Source: Parcubacteria group bacterium
Lineage (GTDB): Bacteria > Patescibacteriota > Minisyncoccia > Moranbacterales > UBA2206
NCBI GenBank assembly: GCA_041659505.1
Contig: JBAZYF010000001.1
Span: forward strand, 189,274-253,273
DNA length: 64,000 bases
Reading direction: 5' to 3'
How positions within the stretch are numbered: the first letter of the stretch is position 1; each line of letters opens with the position of its first letter. Shown piece after piece: positions 49,501-53,524 of the stretch. A model generated the notes under the pieces. It ran no database searches. It worked only from the letters and a program-made list of their open reading frames with translations, and had not been told where the DNA came from. The translations under genes were made by a program, and so were the position numbers.

Positions 49501-49575
49501 GAGATTTTTCATCGATTCTCTCGATGTGGAAATAAACAAAATCAGACTGTGGACTAAGCGTCTATGGACTCGCAT
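28516..49575 (-). CDS. Giant (7019 aa) fibre-like adhesin with phage-tail-fibre-like repeats and putative S74-like chaperone plus coiled coil
   Basis: N-terminal TM segments; G.Y.VRFAIY..VWEE..V.DGIF.V.LG..EMAPR domain; LPVANGGTG repeats; more than 20 GNVGIGTTxP repeats; Gln/Leu heptads near the C-terminus. Confidence 0.75.
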   Translation of the reverse strand: MRVHRRLVHSLILFISTSRESMKNLLTQVWERAICGGKKAAETRHCLVCTGKNSRKQAIFAGAIFSGEKLDLVLIEQLAVSFAVLISGIFLAWFLLKIIRQIFANLKLLKSSEKIISIFFKGKKNLSVKKEKSAHNFELASKEKRQENSLALRAKKNLILVNAKYPALVVGIILLFATVAYALPEKYQLASLSLTSSVDELRRVKELQRSEGNLAGGQDLAYAPMGDEKTIAKSNSGSSRRSFSEGGQEMVLAEAIVASDNTTTQNASDATTIVTKPRIIQLTGALSGANGQVEDGSYAVRFAIYDTDRTQIDAYPSDTDSANRVWEETQTVTVKDGIFRVNLGQVTDLPIFTTIQAGQFFLGIRVGEDSEMAPRKRLATPLYALNAGNSLLLNGKKVGVSAGDIVALDAQGKIAISNLPTGTGSNQLLLGNDKRLKFTISGSKFLTLSGQKFTVGKVDLASETQGILPIASGGTGLSAFTSGDMLYYSSGSTFSKISAGTIGQVLSISADGTPAWGNLSALGHSAVTLAGSLDYLSIDANQVLTLNAIDLGTDVTGTLPTGNGGTGLSSYVPGDLLYYSSGGALTRLPIGSNGQIFGVLGGAPGWQNSPFVGAHNLLSLSHPDVVAASPLEGDMIVGTNQGGGIIKWQRMAVGSAGQFLSNTGSALQWRNTSTISSLGTVTAGIWNATPVTDAYVSDALTISGGTISGSNLTLVQSATPTPTAEGRIEWDVDNDQLVIGNGTGQTIITQTNLSVSGLYDYITLAGQDIVRGQIDLTTDVTGTLPISNGGTGRATFATNGILYGNGTSGINITAAGTEAQFVVANSSGVPVFVPMTGDVFIAASGASTIQPNSVALGTDTVGNYLLGATSGNGIAISGVAGEGWTASFALDSLTSNWNQTGAFDIVLANAGSELQIMESNGGAFYGTVDVGDLSANRTYTFPDTSGTLALTSDIHAPVTLAGQTYASIIGQAITFAQIDLASHVTGTLPVANGGTGATTFTPNGIVYGNGVGAMQITAAGSSGQILIANASSIPAFVTLGGDVTIIANGTATIANSAVGSAEIIDSSIAEGDINFDNAAGEGLILKYVGGQMHWSPETGGSGSSKWTDTGTFTYLTTTTNDLVIGGSATDTGFFFDISASTLTLEGATPDAYETTLGVLDPTADRAINFPNASGTVALTSDLHNSATLGGTLDYLTIDGNQVITRSAIDLATDVTGTLPVGNGGTGQITFATNGVLYGNGTSGISASTAGTSGQLIIAGATGTPVFRSVSGDINLTDLGVATIQPDAVALGSDTTGNYVLSLSNGNGIAGANGGSEGATLTLALGNLTSNWNQTGAFDIVLANAGSELQIMESNGGAFYGTVDVGDLSANRTYTFPDTSGTLALTSDIHAPVTLAGQTYASIIGQAITFAQIDLASHVTGTLPVANGGTGATTFTPNGIVYGNGVGAMQITAAGSSGQILIANASSIPAFVTLGGDVTIIANGTATIANSAVGSAEIIDSSIAEGDINFDNAAGEGLILKYVGGQMHWSPETGGSGSSKWTDTGTFTYLTTTTNDLVIGGSATDTGFFFDISASTLTLEGATPDAYETTLGVLDPTADRAINFPNASGTVALTSDLHNSATLGGTLDYLTIDGNQVITRSAIDLATDVTGTLPVGNGGTGQITFATNGVLYGNGTSGISASTAGTSGQLIIAGATGTPVFRSVSGDINLTDLGVATIQPDAVALGSDTTGNYVLSLSNGNGIAGANGGSEGATLTLALSNLTADWSQGGAYDLVLANASSELKIMESIGGLYYGIFDVANLSADQTYTFPNVSGTVALGIGTAGYPAYWSDANTLLAEQYVSVVRGGTGVGTFGGVNTILYTTSANTLSSIATANDGILVTGAGGAPSISTDLPTAVTIGSGYIYRAGGTDVSLADGGTGASLTDPNADRLMFWDDSNSSIAWLSGAANLNITGTVFDLASSVTLGSNGTSGDLTLYSEQGTTDYSVKLQPNGAMTQNVTFTLPANDGDASQVLITNGAGALTWSSVSGVGALDGTGFANSAAYWLDDNTLAYENQLAMSRGGTGANLTDPNADRLMFWDDSNSSIAWITANSGNLNLTGTTLDLDATIQLGADATSGSLTIYSEQGATDHTLAIAPNPAMTQDVTLTMPADDGINQQVLITDGNGALSWSSVSGVGGVTGTGTNGYATYWTGASSLAAEQYLSVTRGGTGAGTYATNGVLYGNGTGALQATTAGTETQFLVANATGVPTFVTMSGDVTISAAGVASVGADRIALTTQTTGNYVATVASGNGLTGGSAGSEGATLTLALSNLTANWNQSGAFDIILGNAGSELQIMESSGNTYYGTVDVGDLSANQTYTFPNASGTIALTTDLHNSVTLAGTLDYLTLDSNQVLTRGAIDLTTDVTGTLPVSNGGTGRSTLTNNGVIYGLGSSAVGMTSAGTSGQILIAGATGTPTFQSVSGDINLTDTGTATIQSNSVALTTDTTGNYVATLTNGNGITGANGGSEGATLTLALGSLTSNWTQAGAFDIVLANAGSELQIMESTGDTFYGTLDVADLSANQTYTFPNATGSVALGTGVANQLAYWSGTNALSGVTSGNNGLLVTNGSGVPSIATDIPTAVTIGSSYIYRAGGTDISVADGGTGRSTLTTNGVLYGLGASAVGMTTAGTDAQLLIAGATGVPTFRSMSGDMLISNLGVATIQSDAIGSSEISDSTIAEADLSATNGPTAGYVLSYNSGGGFTWIVNDGGSGGSKWTDSGSGFTYLTATTNNLLIGGSTADTGFFFDISASTFTFEGATPDAYETTVGVLDPTADRAINFPNASGTIALTTDLHNSVTLAGTLDYLTLDSNQVLTRGAIDLTTDVTGTLPVSNGGTGRSTLTNNGVIYGLGSSAVGMTSAGTSGQILIAGATGTPTFQSVSGDINLTDTGTATIQSNSVALTTDTTGNYVATLTNGNGITGANGGSEGATLTLALGSLTSNWTQAGAFDIVLANAGSELQIMESTGDTFYGTLDVADLSANQTYTFPNATGSVALGTGVANQLAYWSGTNALSGVTSGNNGLLVTNGSGVPSIATDIPTAVTIGSSYIYRAGGTDISVADGGTGRSTLTTNGVLYGLGASAVGMTTAGTDAQLLIAGATGVPTFRSMSGDMLISNLGVATIQSDAIGSSEISDSTIAEADLSATNGPTAGYVLSYNSGGGFTWIVNDGGSGGSKWSDGGAFTFLTDTADSLMIGGSAVNSSAFYFNLADANYSDTQTITFEGSGADDNFETRFIITNPTADRDIVFKNEGGTVAYTTDIHTALTLAGTLDYITLDGNQVLTRNAIDLATDVTGLLGAGNGGTGLNTGSATGVPTLSSGTWSINATLGVATGGTGVATEANLENKIEAYIFDADSENISGVWTLADNTALRYGADGNFSTSYNGTSGNLELTDGTNLLASFSDAGTVGNLRITGGISTYDKVVTAGYGEFAGLCLGNGTSCITTWGAAGAISGSGTAGSVAYWSGANALTAEPQLATSRGGTGIDTASSSGMPMLTAGTWSITHTPTLGMAGTSGALSFYSEQGALDYSATLSPNSAMTSSAHFYLPSDEPIATYLLSMTSGGVMGFDTNSYLVAPSTPAQGDVLYYNGTSWVNLPAGTDGYYLQTRGVGVNPRWAEATAGSSDWTRVVGTPSLSYLTDTASDFAIGGTTLANSIFGIDTSTARMQIGNAGITGSLALYSEVGATDYTLTLQPSASMTQNTIYTFPVNDGDPDQVLVSNGSGVLEWKTVNGISGAGDITAIGNVTGGDAFTASGTAGTQLYFYDADGRGQLTIADLTQARTYTLPNADGTVALGTGTQNYVARWTGANNLSTGVLYDNGTNVGIGTTSPATRLDLQNTDYKQLRLWNTNSLQQLWIGSVYDSVGSFIGNNAYYHSNLNFTPNYSAASGINFNQNGGTEFWNNSGLTSGVDYIPTRSMVILSNGNIGIGTTDPTYKLHVGGATFINSNLTVNSYIMNANGGPASPSYTFSNGQSTGLFLTGSNNALGFSTVGAEAMRINSSGNVGIGTTNPLYKLHVNGNIGGDAIYLNGLVIGNNSGQIASNAGENLYFAVGGTTLEKMRLTTDGNLGIGTTNPLQKLSIAGTMGILEGGSTPQYYTILQGADQTADITYTLPGSYPGGSGYVLTSAIDGAMSWSAAGTGGIGDITGIGNVTSGDAFTATGTAGTQLYFYDADGRGQLTIANLTAVQTYTLPDATGTFALGTGTQNYVARWTGANNLSTGVLYDDGTNVGIGTTNPTQLLAVADNQFTVSSMGALVSQSATIGQTVVVPIVVSGNGGGTMGSPNGTYVYMGQHNGKNYYQFGVTWYIWWSSGDNTWYIGSYAGDMSIDGIGPDNSTNIWYSNTTGATPPLLAGGWNPKYSATGNPTTATGSAPLIVMDTAGNLSMGGLLAVTGSGNSYFNGGNVGIGTVSPVQLFQVNSSATASFVVTSAGQVGIGTTNPLAILHLNGGVGSLATGLAFGDGDSGIYEDADDSLMINLNGGGAWSISSSFIHSNVTNGAAILHATPSGTIPGFTFFADQNTGVGTADADILSLIAGGTNGLNVTSAGNVGIGTTAPGVALDIVGNLRVFASGAGLYMRSSNLDIVNSNGTESINWSGTGAGSSLYFRTANADRMWIANGGNVGIGTTNPLALLSVGATSQFQVNALGEVTAVKVNGNTISSGSGTLGLSTYTLNLTGDANLNQHLLTTSSPSFAGLTVTGAFSMKDDQYFTLGDSNDSIITHRATPVTANTAVSGLIVGTPTVGALGANSTVFSNITGGDFVFIGANGLGNSQELLRLSAANSKVTMGSGTTAMIIDANGFVGIGTTAPSQLLQVNNSGANAFVVTAAGNVGIGTTSPGVRLDIGGNSQSITLISARGTGNGLEFGHPNAAGYGSAIGSTYSSGYPYLVFNGEQGANGDTFITRGIMGRVLMNNVSAGILSFGRLTNVNASGQTPTSDLVINSSGNIGIGTTAPVEILDVNGRLHLAQTTAPTPTTDRLYNVGGNLLWNGINLTGGGSLPTGITGQTLYSNAGTWTATSNLYNDGTNVGIGMTSPQYILDVDGQSRIRSNLFLGYSNYLYFGATGTGIQGSDSGSQFISFMTAGSDRMFISSTGNVGIGTTNPTRQLEIGGVANPAMGVVSSSSAGYYATFAVNYDATHPFSITSNALEIFGRYANSATVLGLGGNVGIGTTNPGYKLDVYGTGSFDGKGTDPNVLVFKQSGGVQGYLKATNGIGLQGETAAGGNAYIYGGTGNGLFVSNAGNIGIGTTAPGYKLHVTGSTDNYLSYLYNSNTGNSAGGLYVRGDGLGNLFTLNYAGTDVFTVSGAQTTFSNPVSFASAGNVTLANDLVMANPMAGNIRFSSQGYIATESGWEDLNLNLSAANNGYVIVSDTLQNNLNIGSTAPGTNYGIYQTLNNTGIVTTGVDTTYGLYQALSRTGATGGTINSYGIYSNVTADNAGTGTSTAIGGYFSASGADNNFALITGNGNVGIGTTNPTEKLSVTGNISASGNVSAGNAFGINGYGSLTWGTMLGGNSPILTSGNSLGFSTTNMASLQMVINSSGNVGIGTTNPTRKLDIVTASDSDVGVYTNGYIRSGNLFMAGGAAGLFNNSVSDGGLIFDHAIDNSIELYSGVGGNVAFATNGDSSNYSMLINAAGNVGIGTTAPGYKLHVTGSTDNYLSYLYNSNTGNSAGGLYVRGDGLGNLLTLNYAGTDVMTVSGAQTTFSNPVSFASAGNVAFSNDLVLTNSTAGNIRFQGAGYVVTESGWQNLDLTLSAANDGFVVVADTLQNNLNIGSTAPGTNYGIYQTLNNTGIVTTGVDTTYGLYQALSRTGATGGTINSYGVYSNVTGDTGGTSTAIGGYFSASGADNNFALITGNGNVGIGTTAPGYQFVINNPNSALMQFIAGDGGYVSGSYFGSPTSPTRGSILYQNNSGIDDSLNITSVGVMSFVTQYLERMRILANGNVGIGTTDPGAKLDVNGSILATSIRLGSTYSIDNTGFYISDPALGGIGSGGQTPNGAYSWFISSGDNTTHNDGFINLDTSGSERMRIDASGNIGIGTTAPTYKLHVTGSTDNYLSYLYNSNTGNSAGGLYVRGDGLGSLLTLNYAGSDVMTVTGAQTTFSNPVSFASAGNVSLSNDLLLTNATAGNIRFKGPGYVVTESSWQNLNLTLSAANDGFVVVDDTLQNNLNIGTTAPGTNYGIYQTLSNTGIVTTGVDTTYGLYQALSRTGATGGTINSYGIYSNVTGDTGGTSTAIGGYFSASGADNNFALITGSGNVGIGTTNPGYALDVNGNSRIENQTGATTFIVQAGIGQSSTNLLEIKNNTGSVVTYFNASGNLYAASVNGGSAANLDSNGIQLSSTSSIAWSQGGYAGTLDIGLSRLSSGVLAIGNGTQGNSIGTLIAGNVGIGTTAPSYKLQLAGSVDSYLSSFYNSATTASAGGLYIRSDGLGNLLTLDYAGTDVMTVSGAQTTFSNPVSFASAGNVSFANDLLLTNEDTGNLLFQGPGNIATDSSWQNLDLTLSAANLGEVIINDDIQINGSRFNVNASGNVGIGTTNPMAKVQVANYNGYAELMLTSQQYYSSGIYFGYPGAEDVGSLTFSNTSDYIMSLKAGLVTINDISSVEKMRIDTVTGNVGIGTTDPTSKLYVVGDIYTTANLSALTITDRTAYPKTLDQAYEAVLSMQRLPDGEYDENDSTNQLDHSKLSDFILASNGERDLSASVSSINEVTKYLLGQIGGINNPIALSSQVKQQETQIASITQNQNQIVAQLTGQLADQSLSVDNKLQLIGETLSSITADTQNLETQTQQIADLQAQLSQQSGDLLALQTQMDDLKVQAQGVMDFADALDINKETGEINLSFVNGKITAGSITANSILLNGQLEAESVVAGAFSVKIVDAAKKTLGDVVICEAGKIMKNGICDVPVTEEEIISASDGKTVKIDTTAVSATTKIFITPEGDAGGRVWVEKQTDVVTGEYTGFKIKCSDPIIGSVKVNWWIVEEK
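39934..42499. repeat. Intragenic duplication, 1189 bp x2, offset 1377
   Basis: 39934-41122 matches 41311-42499; identical off-frame ORFs at 40183 and 41560. Confidence 0.9.
44303..46893. repeat. Intragenic tandem duplication, 1289 bp x2, offset 1302
   Basis: 44303-45591 matches 45605-46893; identical off-frame ORFs at 44384/45686, 44422/45724 and 45044/46346. Confidence 0.9.
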
Positions 49576-49609
49576 TTTTTGTTTTATTTTCCCATGAATT
49601 TACTTCTGA

Positions 49610-49636
49610 ATTATACCATAAAAAAAAAGATTGCAA
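49610..49636 (-). promoter_or_regulatory. Probable promoter of the giant gene/operon
   Basis: Extended -10 TGgTATAAT; TTGCAA 15 bp upstream; T9 tract in the spacer. Confidence 0.55.
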
Positions 49637-49714
49637 TAGGGCAAAATGGCAAAGTTATCCACAGGTGGAAATTGAGAAAAAATTGGTTGAATTTTTGATA
49701 TATTTATCGCATCC

Positions 49715-49888
49715 GTAGAGACGAGGCACTGCCTCGGCTTGGTCACATTTCCAATCTATTTTTTGCAAAAATACCTAGCCTGTAGAGACGCCTGCCTGTC
49801 CGGTAGGCAGGCAATTCAATGCGTCTAGCGGTTTTAATAATCGGGTAAATTTTACACAAAAAAAGACGTGGCAGTGCCACGTCTCTAC
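49715..49888. repeat. Cluster of three REPs, one with a nested palindrome
   Basis: REPs at 49715, 49782 and 49864; CCTGCCTGTCCGGTAGGCAGG at 49791-49811. Confidence 0.8.
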
Positions 49889-49912
49889 AAGTAAATTTAT
49901 TTTCGCAAATTT

Positions 49913-50992
49913 TTACCGATTCCCCTCAATCTTCCAAGAATGCACTTCCTTCAAGATCGAATCGACGTCGGAAACCCATTTTTGCACCGCCTTTGGATCA
50001 TCCAAGTCCGGTCGATAACCGCATTTCCAGGGACTAACCATCTTTTGCGCGGTGGTCATTTTTTCATTATAAATCAAATCCTTGATCCGTTTGGCCGTCC
50101 GTTCAAAACCTTCTTGCGGAGTCGCAAAACAAGAATGCCCGGCTGAGCCCATTTTGTCTGTCTTTAAGCGAAAACCGACGTAGTTATAGCAATCCTTGCC
50201 ATTGTTCACCGGGACATGATCACCCCAAGAACTTTCCTTTCTGGCAATCGCGATAAACATCGCCGCCACCAACGGATCTTCTTTGGCAATGAAAGGCGCC
50301 ATTTGCTTGATCGGATGATTGCCGACCAACTCACGAATTTTGGTTTCAAATTCTTTTTGTTTGGCCAATTTTGCATCTTCGACCTGTTTTTTGGCCAGAT
50401 CTGCCTGTTTCTTTTTGTCTGCCTCCGCCTCGGCCTTGGCCGCATTTTCGCCCAAAACCCTGGATTCTTCTTGTTTTTGACTCAACTGCACGATTGCCTC
50501 TTTGACCTGAGCCTCTTCCACGTCGGCGTGCGCGCCCGGCCCCAAATAACGATAAATCATCGTCATCAAAAACATCCCAAAAATGAGCGAACCGACCAGC
50601 GACAAATTCCAAGCCCGCATCACACTCACACCATTTGTATAACCAGCAAATGCATCTTTGAGATAAGTCGTGAAACTGGCATAACGCTCGCTCAACTCGG
50701 AATAAATCTTCGCTTCCGGTTTTGTCTGATAGCTATAGCGGACAGTTTTTTCCCGCCGTGAAACAACCGAATCTAATCGGTCAGTCGCAAAATTAATTTT
50801 CCCGCCACGCTTTATCCGCAAAAGTTCATTTTGGGTGAGGTAGAGCTTAGAATCGCGCGTCGTGAAATCGCGCACTTGTCCATATTTTTTAGAAAACAAG
50901 ACGGAAGAATTTTTATACTTCAAGACAAATTTCGCCAAAGCATAATCCGGCGCGAGCGGTTTCTTTTGATTTTTGATTATCCCATCTAACAT
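49913..50992 (-). CDS. Membrane-anchored protein with C-terminal lysozyme/glucosaminidase-like domain
   Basis: Central TM helix, coiled coil, IAIARKESSWG..CYNYVGF..F.T..EG pattern. Confidence 0.55.
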   Translation of the reverse strand: MLDGIIKNQKKPLAPDYALAKFVLKYKNSSVLFSKKYGQVRDFTTRDSKLYLTQNELLRIKRGGKINFATDRLDSVVSRREKTVRYSYQTKPEAKIYSELSERYASFTTYLKDAFAGYTNGVSVMRAWNLSLVGSLIFGMFLMTMIYRYLGPGAHADVEEAQVKEAIVQLSQKQEESRVLGENAAKAEAEADKKKQADLAKKQVEDAKLAKQKEFETKIRELVGNHPIKQMAPFIAKEDPLVAAMFIAIARKESSWGDHVPVNNGKDCYNYVGFRLKTDKMGSAGHSCFATPQEGFERTAKRIKDLIYNEKMTTAQKMVSPWKCGYRPDLDDPKAVQKWVSDVDSILKEVHSWKIEGNR

Positions 50993-51036
50993 GTTTTGAT
51001 TATAGCATAGTTTTTATTTTTCGTCTTTTTATAAAT

Positions 51037-51222
51037 CCCCTTCGCCCTCCGGGAGAAGGCCTGCCCGAATTGCAACTCGTTGCAGGCGGGTGGCCGAAGG
51101 CCGGATGAGGGAAAGGGTGTTGCGTAAAACAAAAACTGAATTGGTTTAGATTATTCCTAATTTATTGCCCTTGCCCTCACCTGTCATGATTGCATGACAT
51201 CCTCTCCCGAGGGGAGAAGAGG
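51037..51222. repeat. Inverted pair of CCCTCTCCC/GGGAGAGG-type palindromic elements
   Basis: 51037-51111 (nested palindrome 51060-51090) and 51174-51222, which overlaps the lgt 3' end. Confidence 0.65.
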
Positions 51223-52107
51223 CTTTTTATTTTTTTTCAAAAAAAGTAAAATCAATCCACCAAAAAACATTGCGAGAGAAAATATTTGTCCCAATGTGAA
51301 ATTGCCAAAAATAAATCCGATTTGCGGATCCGGTTCGCGAAAAAATTCACCCGCGAAACGCGCGCCGGCATAACCGATGAGATAGAGCGCTAAAAATTTT
51401 CCTGAGAAACTTTTATAATTGCGCCAAAACCAAAAAAATATAAATAGTAAAAATCCCTCCAAAAAGGCTTCATAGAGCTGTGATGGATAGCGTAAAACAC
51501 CGGTTGGATCGGCCGGAAAATACATCCCAAAGCGTGAAACCGTCACTCGTCCATAAAGTTCGCCGTTCAAAAAATTGCCGATCCGGCCGAAAAAATAGCC
51601 GGCAGGAATGACGGGAATAATAAAATCCGCGAGCGCCCAAAAATTAATTTTGTATTTTTTAATAAAAATCCAAGCGGCGATTAGAACGCCAAGAAGTCCT
51701 CCGTGATAACTCATACCATAAATGCCAATCAGTTTTCCCGTGTCCAAATCAAACGGAGAAATGATTGCCAAAGGATGCGCAGAATAAAATGGGAAATTAT
51801 AGAAAAAAACATAGCCCAAGCGTCCACCGATGATGACACCAAAAAAACAAAATAGTAAAAAATCTAAAAGCACTTCTTGCTTTTTTTGTAATTTATTTTT
51901 TGCACTGATATTTCTTCCCTCCTCGAGTTTAGAAAAAATTTTTTTATCCTCAAAAAGCTGCAATCTTTTTTTCAAAAGCAGCCAAACAACCAAAAGCGCC
52001 ACCGCATACATCAGAGCATACCAGCCGACAGAAAAAAATCCGAAATGCATTATTTCGGGATTGATTTTTTCAGGAATGTGCTGATAGAAGTCTAAGAAAT
52101 TATTCAT
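51184..52107 (-). CDS. lgt: Prolipoprotein diacylglyceryl transferase
   Basis: WYALMY, GGRLGYV, GMSYHGG, GRIGNFLNGELYGR, PSQLYE, EFFREPD. Confidence 0.95.
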   Translation of the reverse strand: MNNFLDFYQHIPEKINPEIMHFGFFSVGWYALMYAVALLVVWLLLKKRLQLFEDKKIFSKLEEGRNISAKNKLQKKQEVLLDFLLFCFFGVIIGGRLGYVFFYNFPFYSAHPLAIISPFDLDTGKLIGIYGMSYHGGLLGVLIAAWIFIKKYKINFWALADFIIPVIPAGYFFGRIGNFLNGELYGRVTVSRFGMYFPADPTGVLRYPSQLYEAFLEGFLLFIFFWFWRNYKSFSGKFLALYLIGYAGARFAGEFFREPDPQIGFIFGNFTLGQIFSLAMFFGGLILLFLKKNKKPLLPSGEDVMQS

Positions 52108-52125
52108 TCAAAAGCACCTAATTTC

Positions 52126-52238
52126 TAATTACAAATTTCCAATGTCAAACCAAGTCTAAAATCCAAAGTTCAAAAAATACTTTTTGTCATTTTGATTTGG
52201 AAATTGATTTGATATTTGGCATTGGAAATTTGGAATTA
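52126..52238. repeat. Intergenic heptamer-based hairpin without a passenger gene
   Basis: Arms 52126-52149 / 52215-52238 are 22/24 complementary; one arm begins at the upstream TAA. Confidence 0.75.
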
Positions 52239-52535
52239 TTGTTTCCCCTTCTTCATCTCCGCCTCCGCTTTTTTCTCTTCTTTTTTCTCCAGGCGTGCCA
52301 GATAAAAACTGGCGACTACCACGATCAAAGTAATCACTACCGCATAGGCCAGTTTAGCTCTGAGGCTGTTTTGATCCTGTGGGAAAAAATAGTCGATAAA
52401 GGCTTTAATGGCGTCATTCCAGGCCAGACCAGCTACGAGTCCAAGCGCCGCAACGATATATTTCACCGTCCGGTTGCGCACCTCGCTTTTCACTTTCGCC
52501 AGCTCCCCGATCAATTTTTCTTCAATTTTTTTCAT
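52236..52535 (-). CDS. Small two-TM membrane protein, DUF5654-like
   Basis: AALGLVAGLAWNDAIK..YAVVIT. Confidence 0.75.
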   Translation of the reverse strand: MKKIEEKLIGELAKVKSEVRNRTVKYIVAALGLVAGLAWNDAIKAFIDYFFPQDQNSLRAKLAYAVVITLIVVVASFYLARLEKKEEKKAEAEMKKGKQ

Positions 52536-52543
52536 ATTGTTTT

Positions 52544-53293
52544 TTATTTTTTACCAATTAATTCTTCCACCGCCAAGCTAGCTACCAATGCGAATGCATG
52601 GTGCCGGCCAAAACGTGACAGAGTAATTTTTTCTGCTTTTTCATCGTGTTCTATTTCTACAATTTGTCCGATTTCTATCTTCTCAATTTTCCCGATTTTC
52701 CAATCTTTTTTACTCTCGCTTGTTTCGCCGAAATAGCTGACTGGAGCATGCGATTTTTTTGCCAGCTCCTTAACCCGCAGATTATCATGATTCAAAATCA
52801 CCGCACCGCTTTTTTTCGTTTTTTCGGCCAGGATAATATACTCCGCGACAAGATCATTCATCGTAGGAAAAGATTCTAAATATCTTTGCGTGATATCCGT
52901 CACGACAGAAATTTCCGGTTCGATGATTGAAAGCAGATAGCGCATATCACCGGGACAAGAAACACCCAACTCCAAAACCAGATATTCGGGAAAGTTTTTT
53001 TGCCAGATTGCCCGAAAAGCAGCACTGATCACTGGCCGCCATTCTTGAAAAGAATTATATCCACTGGATAGGCCTAGAATGGCCAAGGGAAGCCCGATGT
53101 CTGTGTTAAAATTACGTGGATTTGCCCTAACTTTTCTTCCTTTTTTCTCCAAAATCTTTTTGATTTCATCCCGCACAAAAGTCTTATTCACACTCCCCGC
53201 CACCGCAATAATTTTCGGACGATGAATCGCCAAAACTAATTTAGCGATTAGCTTGAGATAAAATTTTAGGATGGGTTTGAAAATTGTTTTCAT
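52544..53293 (-). CDS. MurF-like Mur ligase central-domain protein (short, variant P-loop)
   Basis: IIAVAGSVNKT, NFNTDIGLPL, LVLELG..PGDM.YL; lacks the C-terminal Mur domain. Confidence 0.7.
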   Translation of the reverse strand: MKTIFKPILKFYLKLIAKLVLAIHRPKIIAVAGSVNKTFVRDEIKKILEKKGRKVRANPRNFNTDIGLPLAILGLSSGYNSFQEWRPVISAAFRAIWQKNFPEYLVLELGVSCPGDMRYLLSIIEPEISVVTDITQRYLESFPTMNDLVAEYIILAEKTKKSGAVILNHDNLRVKELAKKSHAPVSYFGETSESKKDWKIGKIEKIEIGQIVEIEHDEKAEKITLSRFGRHHAFALVASLAVEELIGKK

Positions 53294-53301
53294 ATCTCTT
53301 G

Positions 53302-53517
53302 TGTCATTCCCGCCCCCGTTTTCACGAGGATAAACTCCGTCGGGAATCTAGGTTCCGCTAATTATAAGTTTTAATTTTTGTCATCCTGAGCGGAGTTCGT
53401 ACTCGAACGTAGTCGAAGGATCTGCTCACCAATACCGCAAGTTTTACAAATATAAATTAAGCTCTGGATAACGCAAAGCAGATTCTTCGACTCCGCTCCG
53501 CTTCGCTCAGAATGACA
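53302..53517. repeat. TGTCATTCCCG..CGGGAATCT element and TGTCATCCTGAGCG..CGCTCAGAATGACA inverted pair
   Basis: 53302-53350; 53379-53425 inverted relative to 53478-53517. Confidence 0.75.
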
Positions 53518-53524
53518 ATGCTTT

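Noticed and set aside
28516-49575. Prophage tail gene
   Set aside because: No capsid, terminase, portal or integrase nearby; the protein has N-terminal membrane segments
2367-49597. Many 60-190 aa ORFs overlapping the large genes
   Set aside because: Shadow ORFs on the opposite strand or in alternate frames of repetitive coding sequence; no motifs
49655-49663. Replication origin
   Set aside because: Only a single DnaA box, with no cluster and no dnaA/dnaN
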